From the IMG/VR virus record IMGVR_UViG_3300024262_000013: a stretch of 64,000 bases of DNA. One strand, written 5' to 3'. Origin of the DNA: a virus (Duplodnaviria; Caudoviricetes). The first letter of the stretch is position 1, and every line of letters begins with the position of its first letter. A program made the position numbers and the translations under genes. Positions 21,508 through 32,768 of this stretch are shown piece after piece. The notes under the pieces are model-generated. The model worked only from the letters and a program-made list of their open reading frames with translations. It ran no database searches and was not told where the DNA came from.

Positions 21508-23891
21508 TGATAGAATTAAAAAAAACAGATTATTTTAATGATGCTCTACATCATTTGGGTAAAAAGGGTGAGAAATTATTCACACTTAATATCGGTGCGA
21601 TGGATGGGATTACTTTTGATGAGATGTCAGGGTATATAAAAATGTATAACTTTAAAGGGTTATATGTTGAACCTATTCCTGTTTATTATGACTTATTAAA
21701 AGAAAATTATAATGATGATGGTAATTTATTTGAAAATAGTGCAATTTCAGATTATGATGGAGAAATAACAATGTTAACCATTGATAAATCAGTTATTGAC
21801 CAAGGATTAGTTCATCCAGCATTTTTAGGGATGAGTGCGGTATACCCACCAAAGAATGGACTAGGTAGTGAAGGTGACCGTGAAGTGGTTGAAAAATACG
21901 GAAAAAAAATTACAGTACCATGTATTACCTTCAATCATCTATTAACTAAACATAATATAGATAGTTTTGATGTTGTTAAAATTGATGCCGAAGGACATGA
22001 TTATAATATTTTTAAACAAATTGATTTAAAAAAATATAGACCTAGAATTGTAAGAGCGGAATGGTCAAGTATTGAGGATTTTGAGAAAACATCTTTGATA
22101 GAACAATTAAATAGTGCGAATTACATATATGGTATCGAAGCAGATGATATTGTTGGTATTACTAAAGAGTTATATGATGAGATTTACAATAAAAAAGAAG
22201 AAATAATGGTAGATATGAAAAGTAATGGGGTTACTATAGTCACAGGTTTATGGGATATAAAAAGAGATGGACTTACAGAAGGATGGTCACGTAGTTATGA
22301 GCATTATTTAGAGAAGTTTTCACAATTATTAGAGACACCTAATAATATGATTATTTTTGGAGATAAAAAATTAGAAGAATTTGTCTTTAAAATTAGACAA
22401 CATGAGAATACTCAATTTATTGTTAGAGACCAAAGTTGGTTTAAAGGAGAATTTTATGAACCAATTCAAAAAATAAGAACTAATAAAGAATGGTATAATC
22501 AAACAGGATGGTTAGGGGAATCAACCCAAGCTAAATTAGATTTATATAATCCATTAGTGATGTCTAAACCATATCTTTTACATGACGCAAAAATTATGGA
22601 TAAATTTAAATCCACTCATTTATTTTGGTTAGATGCCGGTATCACCAATACTGTACATAACGGATATTTTGTTAAGGATTTATTTTTAGGTAAGATGGAA
22701 AAAACTGACAAAATGACGTTCATTGCCTTTCCATATGAGACTAATAGTGAAATTCATGGGTTCGAATATAATAAATTAAATGAATTGGCCGGTGGTAAAG
22801 TAAATAAAGTATGTAGAGGGGGGTTTTTTGGGGGACCAGTTGAAGATATATCTGATTTTAATACGGAATACTATAATTTAATGAAAAGTACTCTAAAAGA
22901 CGGATATATGGGTACAGAAGAGTCTCTATTTTCGATTCTTTTATATCGTTACCCCGAAAATTACCAATACTATCTTATAGAGGGAAATGGGTTGATTAAT
23001 AAATTTTTTGAAGATGTTAAAAATGATAATCATGTAGTATTAAGTGAGTCAAAAACTATATCATTAAAAAATGATTTAGATATTAATAATACTGCACTCT
23101 ATGTGATAACATTTAATAGTCCTAATCAGGTTAAAACATTAATAAAATCAATGAAAGAATATGATGAAGATTTTGTTACTAAACCAAAATGGATTTTATT
23201 AGATAATTCAACAGATTTAAGTACCACACCAGAATATGAGAGATTATGTGAAGAGTATGGGATTACTCATATTAAAAAAGATAATTTAGGTATCTGCGGT
23301 GGTAGACAATGGGTTGCTGAACACGCCGAAGAGAATGGGTACGACTACTATTTCTTTTTTGAAGACGATATGTTTTTTTATCCTAAGAAAGGTGAGGTCG
23401 GTAAAAACGGTTTTAATAGGTTTGTTAGTGGGTTATATAGGAAATCCTTACAAATATCTAAAAAAAATAATTTTGACTTTTTAAAATTATCATTTAGTGA
23501 ATTTTACGGAGATAATAGAGTTCAATGGGCTTGGTACAATGTACCTCAAGAATTTAGAGAAATTCATTGGCCCGAAAAACCAACATTACCTGTCCAAGGT
23601 TTAGACCCTAATGCTCCTAAAACTAAGATAACTAAAATAGATACATTTAACGGTGTACCGTATGCTCACGGGGAAATTTACTATTGTAATTGGCCTCAAG
23701 TGGTATCTAAATATGGTAATAGAAAAATGTTTTTAACTGAAAAATGGTCTAGACCATTTGAACAAACATGGATGTCATATATATTTCAAGAAACTGTAAA
23801 AGGTAATATTAATCCAGGAATTTTACTACTTACTCCAACTGAACATGACCGATTTGACCATTATGATGGTAAATTAAGAAAAGAGTCATAA
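21507..23891 (+). CDS. FkbM methyltransferase - HtrL-type GT - GT-A-like three-domain fusion
   Basis: Start reassigned to ATG 21507 (TAATG coupling). IGAMDG, VEP, KIDAEGHD (FkbM); VTGLWD, FWLDAG, GGFFGG (HtrL); ILLDNS, GICGGR, FFEDD (GT-A). Confidence 0.7.
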   Translation: MIELKKTDYFNDALHHLGKKGEKLFTLNIGAMDGITFDEMSGYIKMYNFKGLYVEPIPVYYDLLKENYNDDGNLFENSAISDYDGEITMLTIDKSVIDQGLVHPAFLGMSAVYPPKNGLGSEGDREVVEKYGKKITVPCITFNHLLTKHNIDSFDVVKIDAEGHDYNIFKQIDLKKYRPRIVRAEWSSIEDFEKTSLIEQLNSANYIYGIEADDIVGITKELYDEIYNKKEEIMVDMKSNGVTIVTGLWDIKRDGLTEGWSRSYEHYLEKFSQLLETPNNMIIFGDKKLEEFVFKIRQHENTQFIVRDQSWFKGEFYEPIQKIRTNKEWYNQTGWLGESTQAKLDLYNPLVMSKPYLLHDAKIMDKFKSTHLFWLDAGITNTVHNGYFVKDLFLGKMEKTDKMTFIAFPYETNSEIHGFEYNKLNELAGGKVNKVCRGGFFGGPVEDISDFNTEYYNLMKSTLKDGYMGTEESLFSILLYRYPENYQYYLIEGNGLINKFFEDVKNDNHVVLSESKTISLKNDLDINNTALYVITFNSPNQVKTLIKSMKEYDEDFVTKPKWILLDNSTDLSTTPEYERLCEEYGITHIKKDNLGICGGRQWVAEHAEENGYDYYFFFEDDMFFYPKKGEVGKNGFNRFVSGLYRKSLQISKKNNFDFLKLSFSEFYGDNRVQWAWYNVPQEFREIHWPEKPTLPVQGLDPNAPKTKITKIDTFNGVPYAHGEIYYCNWPQVVSKYGNRKMFLTEKWSRPFEQTWMSYIFQETVKGNINPGILLLTPTEHDRFDHYDGKLRKES

Positions 23892-23904
23892 TAAAATGTT
23901 ACAA

Positions 23905-23927
23905 AATCGCTTATGCGATTATTTATA
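23905..23927 (+). promoter_or_regulatory. putative late promoter with adjacent inverted repeat
   Basis: AATCGC-TTAT-GCGATT running into TATTTATA (23920-23927). Confidence 0.55.
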
Positions 23928-23945
23928 TAGAAAGTATTTAAGTAT

Positions 23946-26900
23946 ATGGTTGGATATAAGGTAGGTCAAAAAGTTTTATTGCTTGACGGGTCTTTTTTGA
24001 ATATTGAAAATGTTCAAGAAGGTATGTTATTGCAAACTATTGCTTTGCCCAATGATGATATAACTAAAGATGGTTTACAATGGTCCACTAAAGAAATAAA
24101 GGAGTTACGATATGTTTCTTCTGAAGTTAACAAAGTTTCCAAACAAAATAATGAATTTATTAGTATTAATGAATTATCATTAAATGATAAGGAAATATTG
24201 GTATATGATACCGTAGATTCGAAGTTCGAGTTTAAAAATGTTAAAGACTTATCCTTAGGTGATGATTATAAGTTAGTAAGAATTGATGGAGATAGTATAC
24301 TATTGGAAAATATTTATAGTTATGAAAAATCTAATAACGAAGAAGATTTAATATCTATAAGTTTAAATGGTCCTTTTCATTATCTTTTAGATGGGTACAT
24401 AGTACATAATGATGTTCCAAACATTTGTGTTCGTAATTGTTCTAATAATGCGATAGCATGTATTGGTAATACCTCGACACCACCTTTAGTGGCGGGTAGT
24501 ACTGGGTTTATAGATAATTTTGGTAATTGTTGGTTAGCGATTAGTGACTGCAATAGTTGTACCCCTACCGTATCATTTACAGGTACAATACAGTCGGTAT
24601 GGAATGGTAGCTCATGTCTTGATTGTCCTAGTAGTGATGTAACACCAACCCCAACACCAACCCCAACAATTACACCTACAATAAATAATGGTCAATTTCA
24701 GTCTTGTTGTCCTCCTTTTGGCTCTACTAATCTTTCATATACAAATGGGTCTATAAATGATATATTTATTTATAATGGTGGTTGTTATAAACTCATAAAT
24801 TCTTTGGGTTTCGGTGGTCCAATGGCTACATTGTCCACAGAATTTGCCGATTGTGAAAAGTGTGTTTTGGAAAATCCTTGTTCTGAACCAACTCCGACTC
24901 CAACCAATACTCCTACTCAAACTCCGACTCCAACCAATACTCCTACTCAAACACCTACAAATACCCCGACTATAACTCCTACGGAAACAGTAAGTTATCG
25001 TGAATTACGAATTAGAGATTGTTGTACTGATACTTTAGAACTATCTATTATGGTTCCTGACGCTTTAATTAATAATTTTATTACCACTGGTGCTGCATTC
25101 ATTTTTAATGATTGTTGTTATTATGCGTTTGCTACAGGTGGAAGTGGTAGTGATGGTGTTAGAAACACATCCGATTCAACTGATTGTAATAAATGTCAGA
25201 CGACGCATCCATGTGCCGAATGGTTAATAGATGCTATTGATTGTTGTGATGAATCGATAACGTTATCAGAAAAATTCATAGTGGCTTGTTCCGACCCACT
25301 AATAAAACCTAGTGTATTATACGGCGATGTTTTTACTTATAATGGTACGTGTTGGGATATTGTAAGTGAAACCCAAACAACAGGAGCAACAATAACGTTA
25401 GATATTAGTGACTTTTATAATGACTGTCCTTCTTGTGTGACTTGTCCAACAAACACACCTACCAATACTCCAACAAACACACCGAAACCAACAGTAACTC
25501 CATCTGTAACTACTACTCCATCTGTAACTACAACTCCAACAGATACTCCAGCTGTAACTAAAACTCCAGCTGTAACTACAACACCAACAGGTACTCCAGC
25601 TGTAACTAAAACGCCATCAGTAACAGTAACTCCAGCTGTAACTACAACACCAACAGGTACTCCAGCTGTAACTAAAACGCCATCAGTAACAGTAACTCCA
25701 GCTGTAACTACAACTCCAACAGATACTCCATCTGTAACAGTAACTCCATCTGTAACTGTAACTCCATCTGTAACTACAACTCCAACAGATACTCCATCAG
25801 TAACAGTAACTCCAGCTGTAACTACAACTCCAACAGATACTCCATCAGTAACAGGTACTCCAGCTGTAACTACAACGCCATCTGTAACTGTAACACCAGA
25901 TGTAACTACAACTCCAACCAATACACCTACTCAAACGCCAACAGGAACTGCTCAAATAACTTTGACTCCAACTAACACCCCTACTCAAACGCCAACTAAT
26001 ACACCAACAGGTACTCCTTTATCTACTCCTGGTGTAACACCTACTAATACTCCGACAGGAACTGCTCAAATAACTTTGACTCCAACCAATACACCTACTC
26101 AAACGCCTACTAATACTCCAACTAATACTCCAACTGAAACGCCGACTAATACACCTACCGAAACAGCTAACGTAACTGCTACACCTACTGAAACACCTAC
26201 AAATACCCCAACTAATACTCCGACCAATACAGTAACTCCAACAGGTACTCCTCAAGTAACTCCAACGAATACCGTTACCCCAACAGGTACGGCAGCGGTA
26301 ACTCCAACTAATACTCCGACCAATACAGTAACTCCAACAGGTACTCCATCAGTTACACCTACAAATACCCCAACAAATACTGTAACTCCAACAGGAACTG
26401 CACAAGTTACTCCGACAATTACACCAACAAATACGGTTACTCCAACTAATACGGTTACTCAAACTGTTACGCCAACTAATACGCCAACTCAGACTGTTAC
26501 GGTGACTCCAACGGATACTCCAGGTGCGAGTCCAACATCGACACCTACTAATACGGTAACCCCTACAGTTACACCAACAAATACACCAACAACTACTGTA
26601 ACTCCTTCAATAACTGCTGAAGTTACACCAACAGGTACTCCTTCAGTAACAGTAACGCCAGATGTAACTGTAACTCCATCAGTAACAGTAACTCCATCAG
26701 TTACACCTACAAATACACCAACTGAAACTGCTAACGTAACTCAAACTCCTACTGAAACTCCAACTAATACTCCAACAGGTACTCCTGGTGTAACACAAAC
26801 TCCTACTGAAACACCAACTGAAACACCAACCAATACGCCTACTAATACACCAACAGGTACTCCTGGTGTAACACAAACTAATACACCTACCGAAACTGCT

Positions 26901-29660
26901 AACGTAACTCAAACTCCTACTCAAACGCCTACTGAAACACCAACTAATACTCCAACGGGAACTGCTCAAGTAACTCAAACACCTACTGAAACTCCGACAA
27001 ATACCCCGACAGGAACTGCTCAAGTAACTTTGACCCCTACCGCTACTTTGACATCTACACCAACAAATACCCCAACTAACACTGTTACACCAACAGGAAC
27101 ACCATCAGTTACACAAACTAATACACCAACTCTTACTGTTACACCAACAGGTACCGCTCAAGTTACTCCAACGAATACCCCAACAAACACAATTACTCCC
27201 TCAATTACAAGTAGTGTTACACCAACTATTACTCCAACTAATACAGTAACACCAACGATAACACCAACAGTTAGTGTCACTGTCACGCCAACAGGTACAC
27301 CGGGAGCAAGTCCAACATCCACTCCAACTAACACTCCAACTAATACTGTAACACCAACTATAACCCCTACCAATACTGTAACACCAACTAATACTCCAAC
27401 ATTAACCCCAACATCTTCGACTGCTGGGTGTTCGGCAATTATAACCACAGGTACTACTGTGACCTCTACACCAACACCAACACCAACACCAACACCAACA
27501 CCTCAAGGGGGTACATCTGTCGGTGGTGAGGTGACTTTCGTAATTGACCAAGGATATTTTGACTGTGGTGAAGTAGCAAGATTAACTAATTGTGTAAACC
27601 TTAGTAATGTAATACAAGAATTTTACGTTACGTCCCCAATAACTTATAGTGGAGGTACCGTAACATCGGGTACAACATTTAATGGTACTATAGATGGTAT
27701 AGAATATTGCTTAACGTTTGTTGAGGAAATTGATGGTTCTTCAACACATATTTTAACATCTGTTAATAGTGTAGATGCCGATTGTGCCGATTGTATTACA
27801 CCTAGCCCAACACCAACAGTTGAATATTTTAGTCTATTTGAAAGATGTAATGGTGTACCATGTACAGAAACTGGTATTAACTTTGGTGAACAAACCGACC
27901 CTAATACGATTATCTCTAATTGGGTTAGATTCTCATCATTCGCAGGTGTTAATTATCCTGGAACAACTATTAAATCAGGATTACAAACAAATGGTAGTAT
28001 AATTACTAATGACCCTTCAAAATATTTCTATACAGGTACAACTAACCTTGATTACTTAGGTGTTTTATCTTCTGTAATGACAGAAGGTGAAAACGTTGGA
28101 CCATCAGGTTTACAACAAAATAATACTGATAGTGGTAAATTCTACTATAATAACTTTATTAATAAATTTGTAGTTTGGTTTAATGTCAAGGGACAAACAA
28201 ATGGTTGGAAATGGGCAACATGGGACCCAACAGAAAATACCGGTTTACAATACGGTAACCCGACAGCCACAAGATTTTTAACTACAAGTACTAATTGGTC
28301 GACAGCATCTTTAACTATTTCAAATCTAACCGTTAGTGGGGCATCTAATACAGTTGTTACTGCAATTAATAAGATTACTGATGCTGGTGGTGTTACGGAT
28401 ATGATTCAGTGTTCGCAGAATAGTGGGTTATATAATGGTTTTTACTCTACTTGTGGATATGAGGAATATACACATGAGGTTACTATGGGTAGTACCGCGA
28501 CTGATAATGATACTATAGGTCTTGTCTTAGCAGCATTTAAAGATAATGATGGTATATATGGTCCATCAGGTCAAACACAAACGTTACAATTAACTATTAA
28601 CGGGGATAATAATAACTCTAGAATAATTTTCAATCAAAATAATAATACTCAATCGTTTACTGATGGTGCCGGTAATTTCAATACTTTAGTATGGCAAGGT
28701 ACTTCACCATATGGTTCGGGTAATTATAACGGTAAAGGTCAAATTAGATTTAAAGTTGTAAAAACAGGTACAACAATAAGTGTTTATAATACAAGTAAAA
28801 TGGGTACAGGTAATGGTCAATTACCTATAGGTTCAACTAACCCATATACACTATTAGTTTCTATAGATTTAACTGATGATGCTACATGGACAAACAAACC
28901 TTCATATGCAGTTGGAACTGAGTTATTAAGGTTTACGGGTGGTACTCAATTTGGGTACTTAACCGCATCACAAAGACAAACACAATTCTACGATATTGTA
29001 TTCTCAGGTTCACAACAGACAAATGATGATTCATTATATGCTGTAGGTCTTACAACCCCTGGAGCTAATAACGTATCAACCTTTAACGAAGTGGGTGGTT
29101 GTTGGGATTATGTAGGTGAAGTAACGGGATATACGGGTCCAACATATTCATTAACTATAGACAATGTATACGTTAATTGTACTCAATGTCCTACAGATGA
29201 TACACCTTTACCATCTAGTACACCATTAAGTAGTAGTGTACCAACATCAACACCGACACCTACTCCAACACAAACACCTATAATACTACCGACCCCAACA
29301 CCAACTCCGACGCCACAACCATCGGGTCCTCATCAAATATGGGTATCAGGACCAGTAGGTCCTAGTAGTTGTAGTACTTTCTGTTCAATAAACTATAATG
29401 TAAGTTTAGAATTAACTTGTGATGGGATAGACGCAACCCAACCAACACATATATTTGGTATTCAAAATGGTATTGAAGGTGGTCACTACGCTTATTATTG
29501 GATTGGTGCATCTAATACTGGTACCGGAAATACAGGAGTATTTAGAATTGCTCAATGTAGTACTGAAAATGACCCATCAAGTCCAAATTATGGGTTATTC
29601 GGTAAATGTGATGGTGATTTATTTGAATGTGGTGCAGGGTCACAATGTGTACCAATTTAA
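23946..29660 (+). CDS. giant virion protein: N-terminal Hint domain, Cys-rich modules, mucin-like Thr/Pro stalk, possible lectin-like C-terminal region
   Basis: 1904 aa; [20 protein letters not shown]...[10 protein letters not shown] Hint; DCC/DCxxC repeats; about 690 aa of (xT)n. Confidence 0.7.
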   Translation: MVGYKVGQKVLLLDGSFLNIENVQEGMLLQTIALPNDDITKDGLQWSTKEIKELRYVSSEVNKVSKQNNEFISINELSLNDKEILVYDTVDSKFEFKNVKDLSLGDDYKLVRIDGDSILLENIYSYEKSNNEEDLISISLNGPFHYLLDGYIVHNDVPNICVRNCSNNAIACIGNTSTPPLVAGSTGFIDNFGNCWLAISDCNSCTPTVSFTGTIQSVWNGSSCLDCPSSDVTPTPTPTPTITPTINNGQFQSCCPPFGSTNLSYTNGSINDIFIYNGGCYKLINSLGFGGPMATLSTEFADCEKCVLENPCSEPTPTPTNTPTQTPTPTNTPTQTPTNTPTITPTETVSYRELRIRDCCTDTLELSIMVPDALINNFITTGAAFIFNDCCYYAFATGGSGSDGVRNTSDSTDCNKCQTTHPCAEWLIDAIDCCDESITLSEKFIVACSDPLIKPSVLYGDVFTYNGTCWDIVSETQTTGATITLDISDFYNDCPSCVTCPTNTPTNTPTNTPKPTVTPSVTTTPSVTTTPTDTPAVTKTPAVTTTPTGTPAVTKTPSVTVTPAVTTTPTGTPAVTKTPSVTVTPAVTTTPTDTPSVTVTPSVTVTPSVTTTPTDTPSVTVTPAVTTTPTDTPSVTGTPAVTTTPSVTVTPDVTTTPTNTPTQTPTGTAQITLTPTNTPTQTPTNTPTGTPLSTPGVTPTNTPTGTAQITLTPTNTPTQTPTNTPTNTPTETPTNTPTETANVTATPTETPTNTPTNTPTNTVTPTGTPQVTPTNTVTPTGTAAVTPTNTPTNTVTPTGTPSVTPTNTPTNTVTPTGTAQVTPTITPTNTVTPTNTVTQTVTPTNTPTQTVTVTPTDTPGASPTSTPTNTVTPTVTPTNTPTTTVTPSITAEVTPTGTPSVTVTPDVTVTPSVTVTPSVTPTNTPTETANVTQTPTETPTNTPTGTPGVTQTPTETPTETPTNTPTNTPTGTPGVTQTNTPTETANVTQTPTQTPTETPTNTPTGTAQVTQTPTETPTNTPTGTAQVTLTPTATLTSTPTNTPTNTVTPTGTPSVTQTNTPTLTVTPTGTAQVTPTNTPTNTITPSITSSVTPTITPTNTVTPTITPTVSVTVTPTGTPGASPTSTPTNTPTNTVTPTITPTNTVTPTNTPTLTPTSSTAGCSAIITTGTTVTSTPTPTPTPTPTPQGGTSVGGEVTFVIDQGYFDCGEVARLTNCVNLSNVIQEFYVTSPITYSGGTVTSGTTFNGTIDGIEYCLTFVEEIDGSSTHILTSVNSVDADCADCITPSPTPTVEYFSLFERCNGVPCTETGINFGEQTDPNTIISNWVRFSSFAGVNYPGTTIKSGLQTNGSIITNDPSKYFYTGTTNLDYLGVLSSVMTEGENVGPSGLQQNNTDSGKFYYNNFINKFVVWFNVKGQTNGWKWATWDPTENTGLQYGNPTATRFLTTSTNWSTASLTISNLTVSGASNTVVTAINKITDAGGVTDMIQCSQNSGLYNGFYSTCGYEEYTHEVTMGSTATDNDTIGLVLAAFKDNDGIYGPSGQTQTLQLTINGDNNNSRIIFNQNNNTQSFTDGAGNFNTLVWQGTSPYGSGNYNGKGQIRFKVVKTGTTISVYNTSKMGTGNGQLPIGSTNPYTLLVSIDLTDDATWTNKPSYAVGTELLRFTGGTQFGYLTASQRQTQFYDIVFSGSQQTNDDSLYAVGLTTPGANNVSTFNEVGGCWDYVGEVTGYTGPTYSLTIDNVYVNCTQCPTDDTPLPSSTPLSSSVPTSTPTPTPTQTPIILPTPTPTPTPQPSGPHQIWVSGPVGPSSCSTFCSINYNVSLELTCDGIDATQPTHIFGIQNGIEGGHYAYYWIGASNTGTGNTGVFRIAQCSTENDPSSPNYGLFGKCDGDLFECGAGSQCVPI
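25444..27500 (+). repeat. Thr/Pro coding repeat tract
   Basis: Sub-blocks of [16 protein letters not shown] and TPTNTVTP units. Confidence 0.9.
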
Positions 29661-29700
29661 ATGATATGAATAAAAAAAATAAAATTGAAAGAGAGATTAA

Positions 29701-29708
29701 TACTTATA
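29701..29708 (+). promoter_or_regulatory. putative late promoter TACTTATA
   Basis: Intergenic, upstream of 29768. Confidence 0.4.
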
Positions 29709-29767
29709 GTAACATAACATATTCACTTAATAACGTGAGTGATTATAATAATAGGATAGACAAATAA

Positions 29768-31063
29768 ATGACTACAGTATCAGTAAATACGGCAACAGGA
29801 ACATCACCCTTTCAAATATGGGTGGCAAATGGTTGTGGAGTTAATGCTCAACAAACTTATATTAGTCAAATTATTAGTGCGGATATCCCATATACATTTA
29901 ACTTACCATCTCAGTATGAAAATTCTCCATTCTGTGTTAAAGTAATTGATTCGGATAATTGCGAAGTTTGTGATTGTTTTGGTTTTGGTCCGACGCCAAC
30001 ACCTTCAGTAACCGCAACGGTAACTCCTACGGTAACTGTTACTCCAACACTGACTCCGACACCTACCGTTTCTGCACCATGTCCAACTCCGACATATTAC
30101 TATGGTTCATTTACAGGTAACGGATTTACCTCATCCGCAACATATACCTTATCTCCAACATTACACAATGGAAGAGCTCAGTGGGTCTCACCAAGTAACG
30201 GAACAATACAGTGGGTTGGGAATAGATGGGAAGTGTCATTTTATAATTTAGCTGGTGTTTTATATTATAACCTAAATATGACTATAGATTCACCTGATAC
30301 TATAAATTGGGTATTACAGGGATGTGCCGCGGATTTCCAATGTGCGGTTTCATTCACAATTGGAGGATGTGGTTTACCGACCCCAACACCTACTACTACT
30401 CCAACAATGACTCCAACCCCTACCGTCACATCAAGTCCGGGAGCTAGTCAAACACCAACACCTACGAATACGCCAACCAATACGCCAACCAACACTCCGA
30501 CTCAAACACCAACTAACACACCTACCAATACTCCAACAAATACTCCAACAAATACTCCAACACCAACTAATACCCCAACGACTACTCCAACGACTACCCC
30601 AACGACTACTCCAACGACTACTCCAACTAATACGACTACTAACACACCGACTCCAACAGTTACTCCTTCATCGACAAGAGGCGTGATTTATAACTTCTAT
30701 TATACGATGGCATTAGGTAGTAGTGGTATGAGTAATGGTAAAATAATGTTTAGTCCGAATGGTTCAATCAGTAGCTCAACGTTATCGATAACGGGGGCGA
30801 CAGATATTTTAGTTGCGAGAGAAGAAAATGGTTCTATCGATAGAACTGATGAACTAACAGGTGTAACTACAGGTAGTGAATTTTTAATTACATCCATAGA
30901 TAATCCTTTTGAAAATGTTGTATTAACAGTTGATGAGCCCGACCCACTATTCAGCGTAGCCCAAAGTTTTGTTAGGTTTCCTATATTAACTTTAGAAAGT
31001 TACACAAATGAGCCACCTTTTAGTGCTGGTGAATCATTAGAATTAACAATAACCTTACAATGA
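29768..31063 (+). CDS. Thr/Pro-repeat virion protein
   Basis: 431 aa; N-terminal domain resembles that of 9242 (GTSPFQIW vs VGPFSIY); two PT tracts. Confidence 0.65.
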   Translation: MTTVSVNTATGTSPFQIWVANGCGVNAQQTYISQIISADIPYTFNLPSQYENSPFCVKVIDSDNCEVCDCFGFGPTPTPSVTATVTPTVTVTPTLTPTPTVSAPCPTPTYYYGSFTGNGFTSSATYTLSPTLHNGRAQWVSPSNGTIQWVGNRWEVSFYNLAGVLYYNLNMTIDSPDTINWVLQGCAADFQCAVSFTIGGCGLPTPTPTTTPTMTPTPTVTSSPGASQTPTPTNTPTNTPTNTPTQTPTNTPTNTPTNTPTNTPTPTNTPTTTPTTTPTTTPTTTPTNTTTNTPTPTVTPSSTRGVIYNFYYTMALGSSGMSNGKIMFSPNGSISSSTLSITGATDILVAREENGSIDRTDELTGVTTGSEFLITSIDNPFENVVLTVDEPDPLFSVAQSFVRFPILTLESYTNEPPFSAGESLELTITLQ

Positions 31064-31085
31064 TTAGTAATTTAAAAAATAAATA

Positions 31086-32723
31086 ATGGCGGCACTATCA
31101 GGAAATCAATGTACAATAATAACCATAATACCGATGGAGGTAGAATGTAACGTCACTAATGCTTCAACACCTACATCATCTGATGGTATTGCTCAAGTTC
31201 AGGTATTTGGTGGTACCCCACCTTATTCGATTACATGGACTAACGGTATTACTTCGCAACAGGGAGATACATTGAGTAATTTATTACCTGGTACTTACTC
31301 CGCAACTGTCGTTGACTATTTTGGGGATTATAGTATCACTACCGAATGTGTGGTTGGAAGTGCAAGTGGAGTAATATATCAATTTGATTCGTGTGTTGGA
31401 TTTGCAGCTCAAACGATATATGTTTCAGGTAGTACATATGCGCCACCATTCCCTAATGTTAAACCTATCATTAAATTTAATGAAATTGTAGATTGTTGGG
31501 AATTTATCGGACCAATTAGTAGTCTTGGTTTAACGTATTCAGCACTTACAGTTTCTAATTCATACGGTAATTGTAGTAGTTGTAATCCACCAACCCCAAC
31601 ACCGTTACCGCAAGACACACTATGTTTAACCGGTATAAATACTAACCCCGCATTATCTCAACAATATGAATTCACTGCAAATGGTACGGACAGTAATGGT
31701 AACTATCAATGGGTTGATAGTGCTAATGGTCTTACAATGTCATATAATATTAGTAGTGGGAGATGGGAAGTATTAACATGGACATCTATTGGTGGTAATA
31801 TAGGTAATATGGTTCTAACTCAGAGCCCACCGACATCCCAACCTTTAGGTACGTGGACCAATAATGGTGGTAACCCTAAATTCACATGGAATGTTGCGGT
31901 TGGACCTTGTACTGGTCCCCCACTTTCTTTAACTACGTCAGTAAGTAACCCTAATTGTGAAGGTTCTAATGGTAGTATCCTAATGACCGCATCCCAAGGA
32001 GTACCACCATACACATATAGTATACAAGGTGTAACACCAACTCAATCCTCAGGACAGTTTACAGGTATTGTACCAGGTTCTTACGTTGGTTTAGTGACTG
32101 ATAGTGATACCCCACCAAATACTACGACAGATACCATTATAATTAATAATGGGTTACCATCGATAACACATACTTTATTTGTGACTAAATCTAATGAGGT
32201 AATATCTAATCAAGCGAGTAACCTACAAGTGGTGACATATGATTATTCAGTTACTGTTAGTCCGGCATTACCTAATAATGTTTCATTAACATTTGATTTG
32301 AATTTTACACATATAGAAACAAGAACAAACTCAACATCTCAAGGACAAATAACGTTCTTCGATTTAATAACAGGTAATTTAAATGGGTCCCCATTAACAT
32401 TTACATCAACATCACCTACAACATTAAATGGTAATCCATCACCAAATTGTCCATCACCTAATACTGTACTAATAGATACGTTTACTACAACAACGGCAAT
32501 ATCACTCACTAACACAACAACCTTAACGGGTACTGTTACTTCAAGTACAGATTTAAACTTCTTACCGGCTGGTAGTTGTGCATGTCCAATCGAAGCGACA
32601 AATAAAATTAATGTTCAAGCGAATAATATAGTTATTTCTGGAGGAAATTGTAATTCTGTAGTTAATAATTCGAACACAGAGAGTGGAGAATCCTTTCAAT
32701 CGGGATGTTATCCTCTTTTGTAG
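31086..32723 (+). CDS. SprB-like repeat virion protein
   Basis: GGTPPYSITW...LLPGTYSATVVD and QGVPPYTYSI...GIVPGSY repeats; NCSSC motif. Confidence 0.55.
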   Translation: MAALSGNQCTIITIIPMEVECNVTNASTPTSSDGIAQVQVFGGTPPYSITWTNGITSQQGDTLSNLLPGTYSATVVDYFGDYSITTECVVGSASGVIYQFDSCVGFAAQTIYVSGSTYAPPFPNVKPIIKFNEIVDCWEFIGPISSLGLTYSALTVSNSYGNCSSCNPPTPTPLPQDTLCLTGINTNPALSQQYEFTANGTDSNGNYQWVDSANGLTMSYNISSGRWEVLTWTSIGGNIGNMVLTQSPPTSQPLGTWTNNGGNPKFTWNVAVGPCTGPPLSLTTSVSNPNCEGSNGSILMTASQGVPPYTYSIQGVTPTQSSGQFTGIVPGSYVGLVTDSDTPPNTTTDTIIINNGLPSITHTLFVTKSNEVISNQASNLQVVTYDYSVTVSPALPNNVSLTFDLNFTHIETRTNSTSQGQITFFDLITGNLNGSPLTFTSTSPTTLNGNPSPNCPSPNTVLIDTFTTTTAISLTNTTTLTGTVTSSTDLNFLPAGSCACPIEATNKINVQANNIVISGGNCNSVVNNSNTESGESFQSGCYPLL

Positions 32724-32756
32724 TATAAAAAATTAAAAAAAATTAGAGAATAAAAC

Positions 32757-32764
32757 TATTTATA
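32757..32764 (+). promoter_or_regulatory. putative late promoter TATTTATA
   Basis: 4 nt upstream of ATG 32769. Confidence 0.5.
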
Positions 32765-32768
32765 AAAC

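Noticed and set aside
23946-24410. Canonical splicing intein
   Set aside because: No N-extein, no Cys/Ser1, no block-B His, +1 residue is Asp, and no endonuclease.
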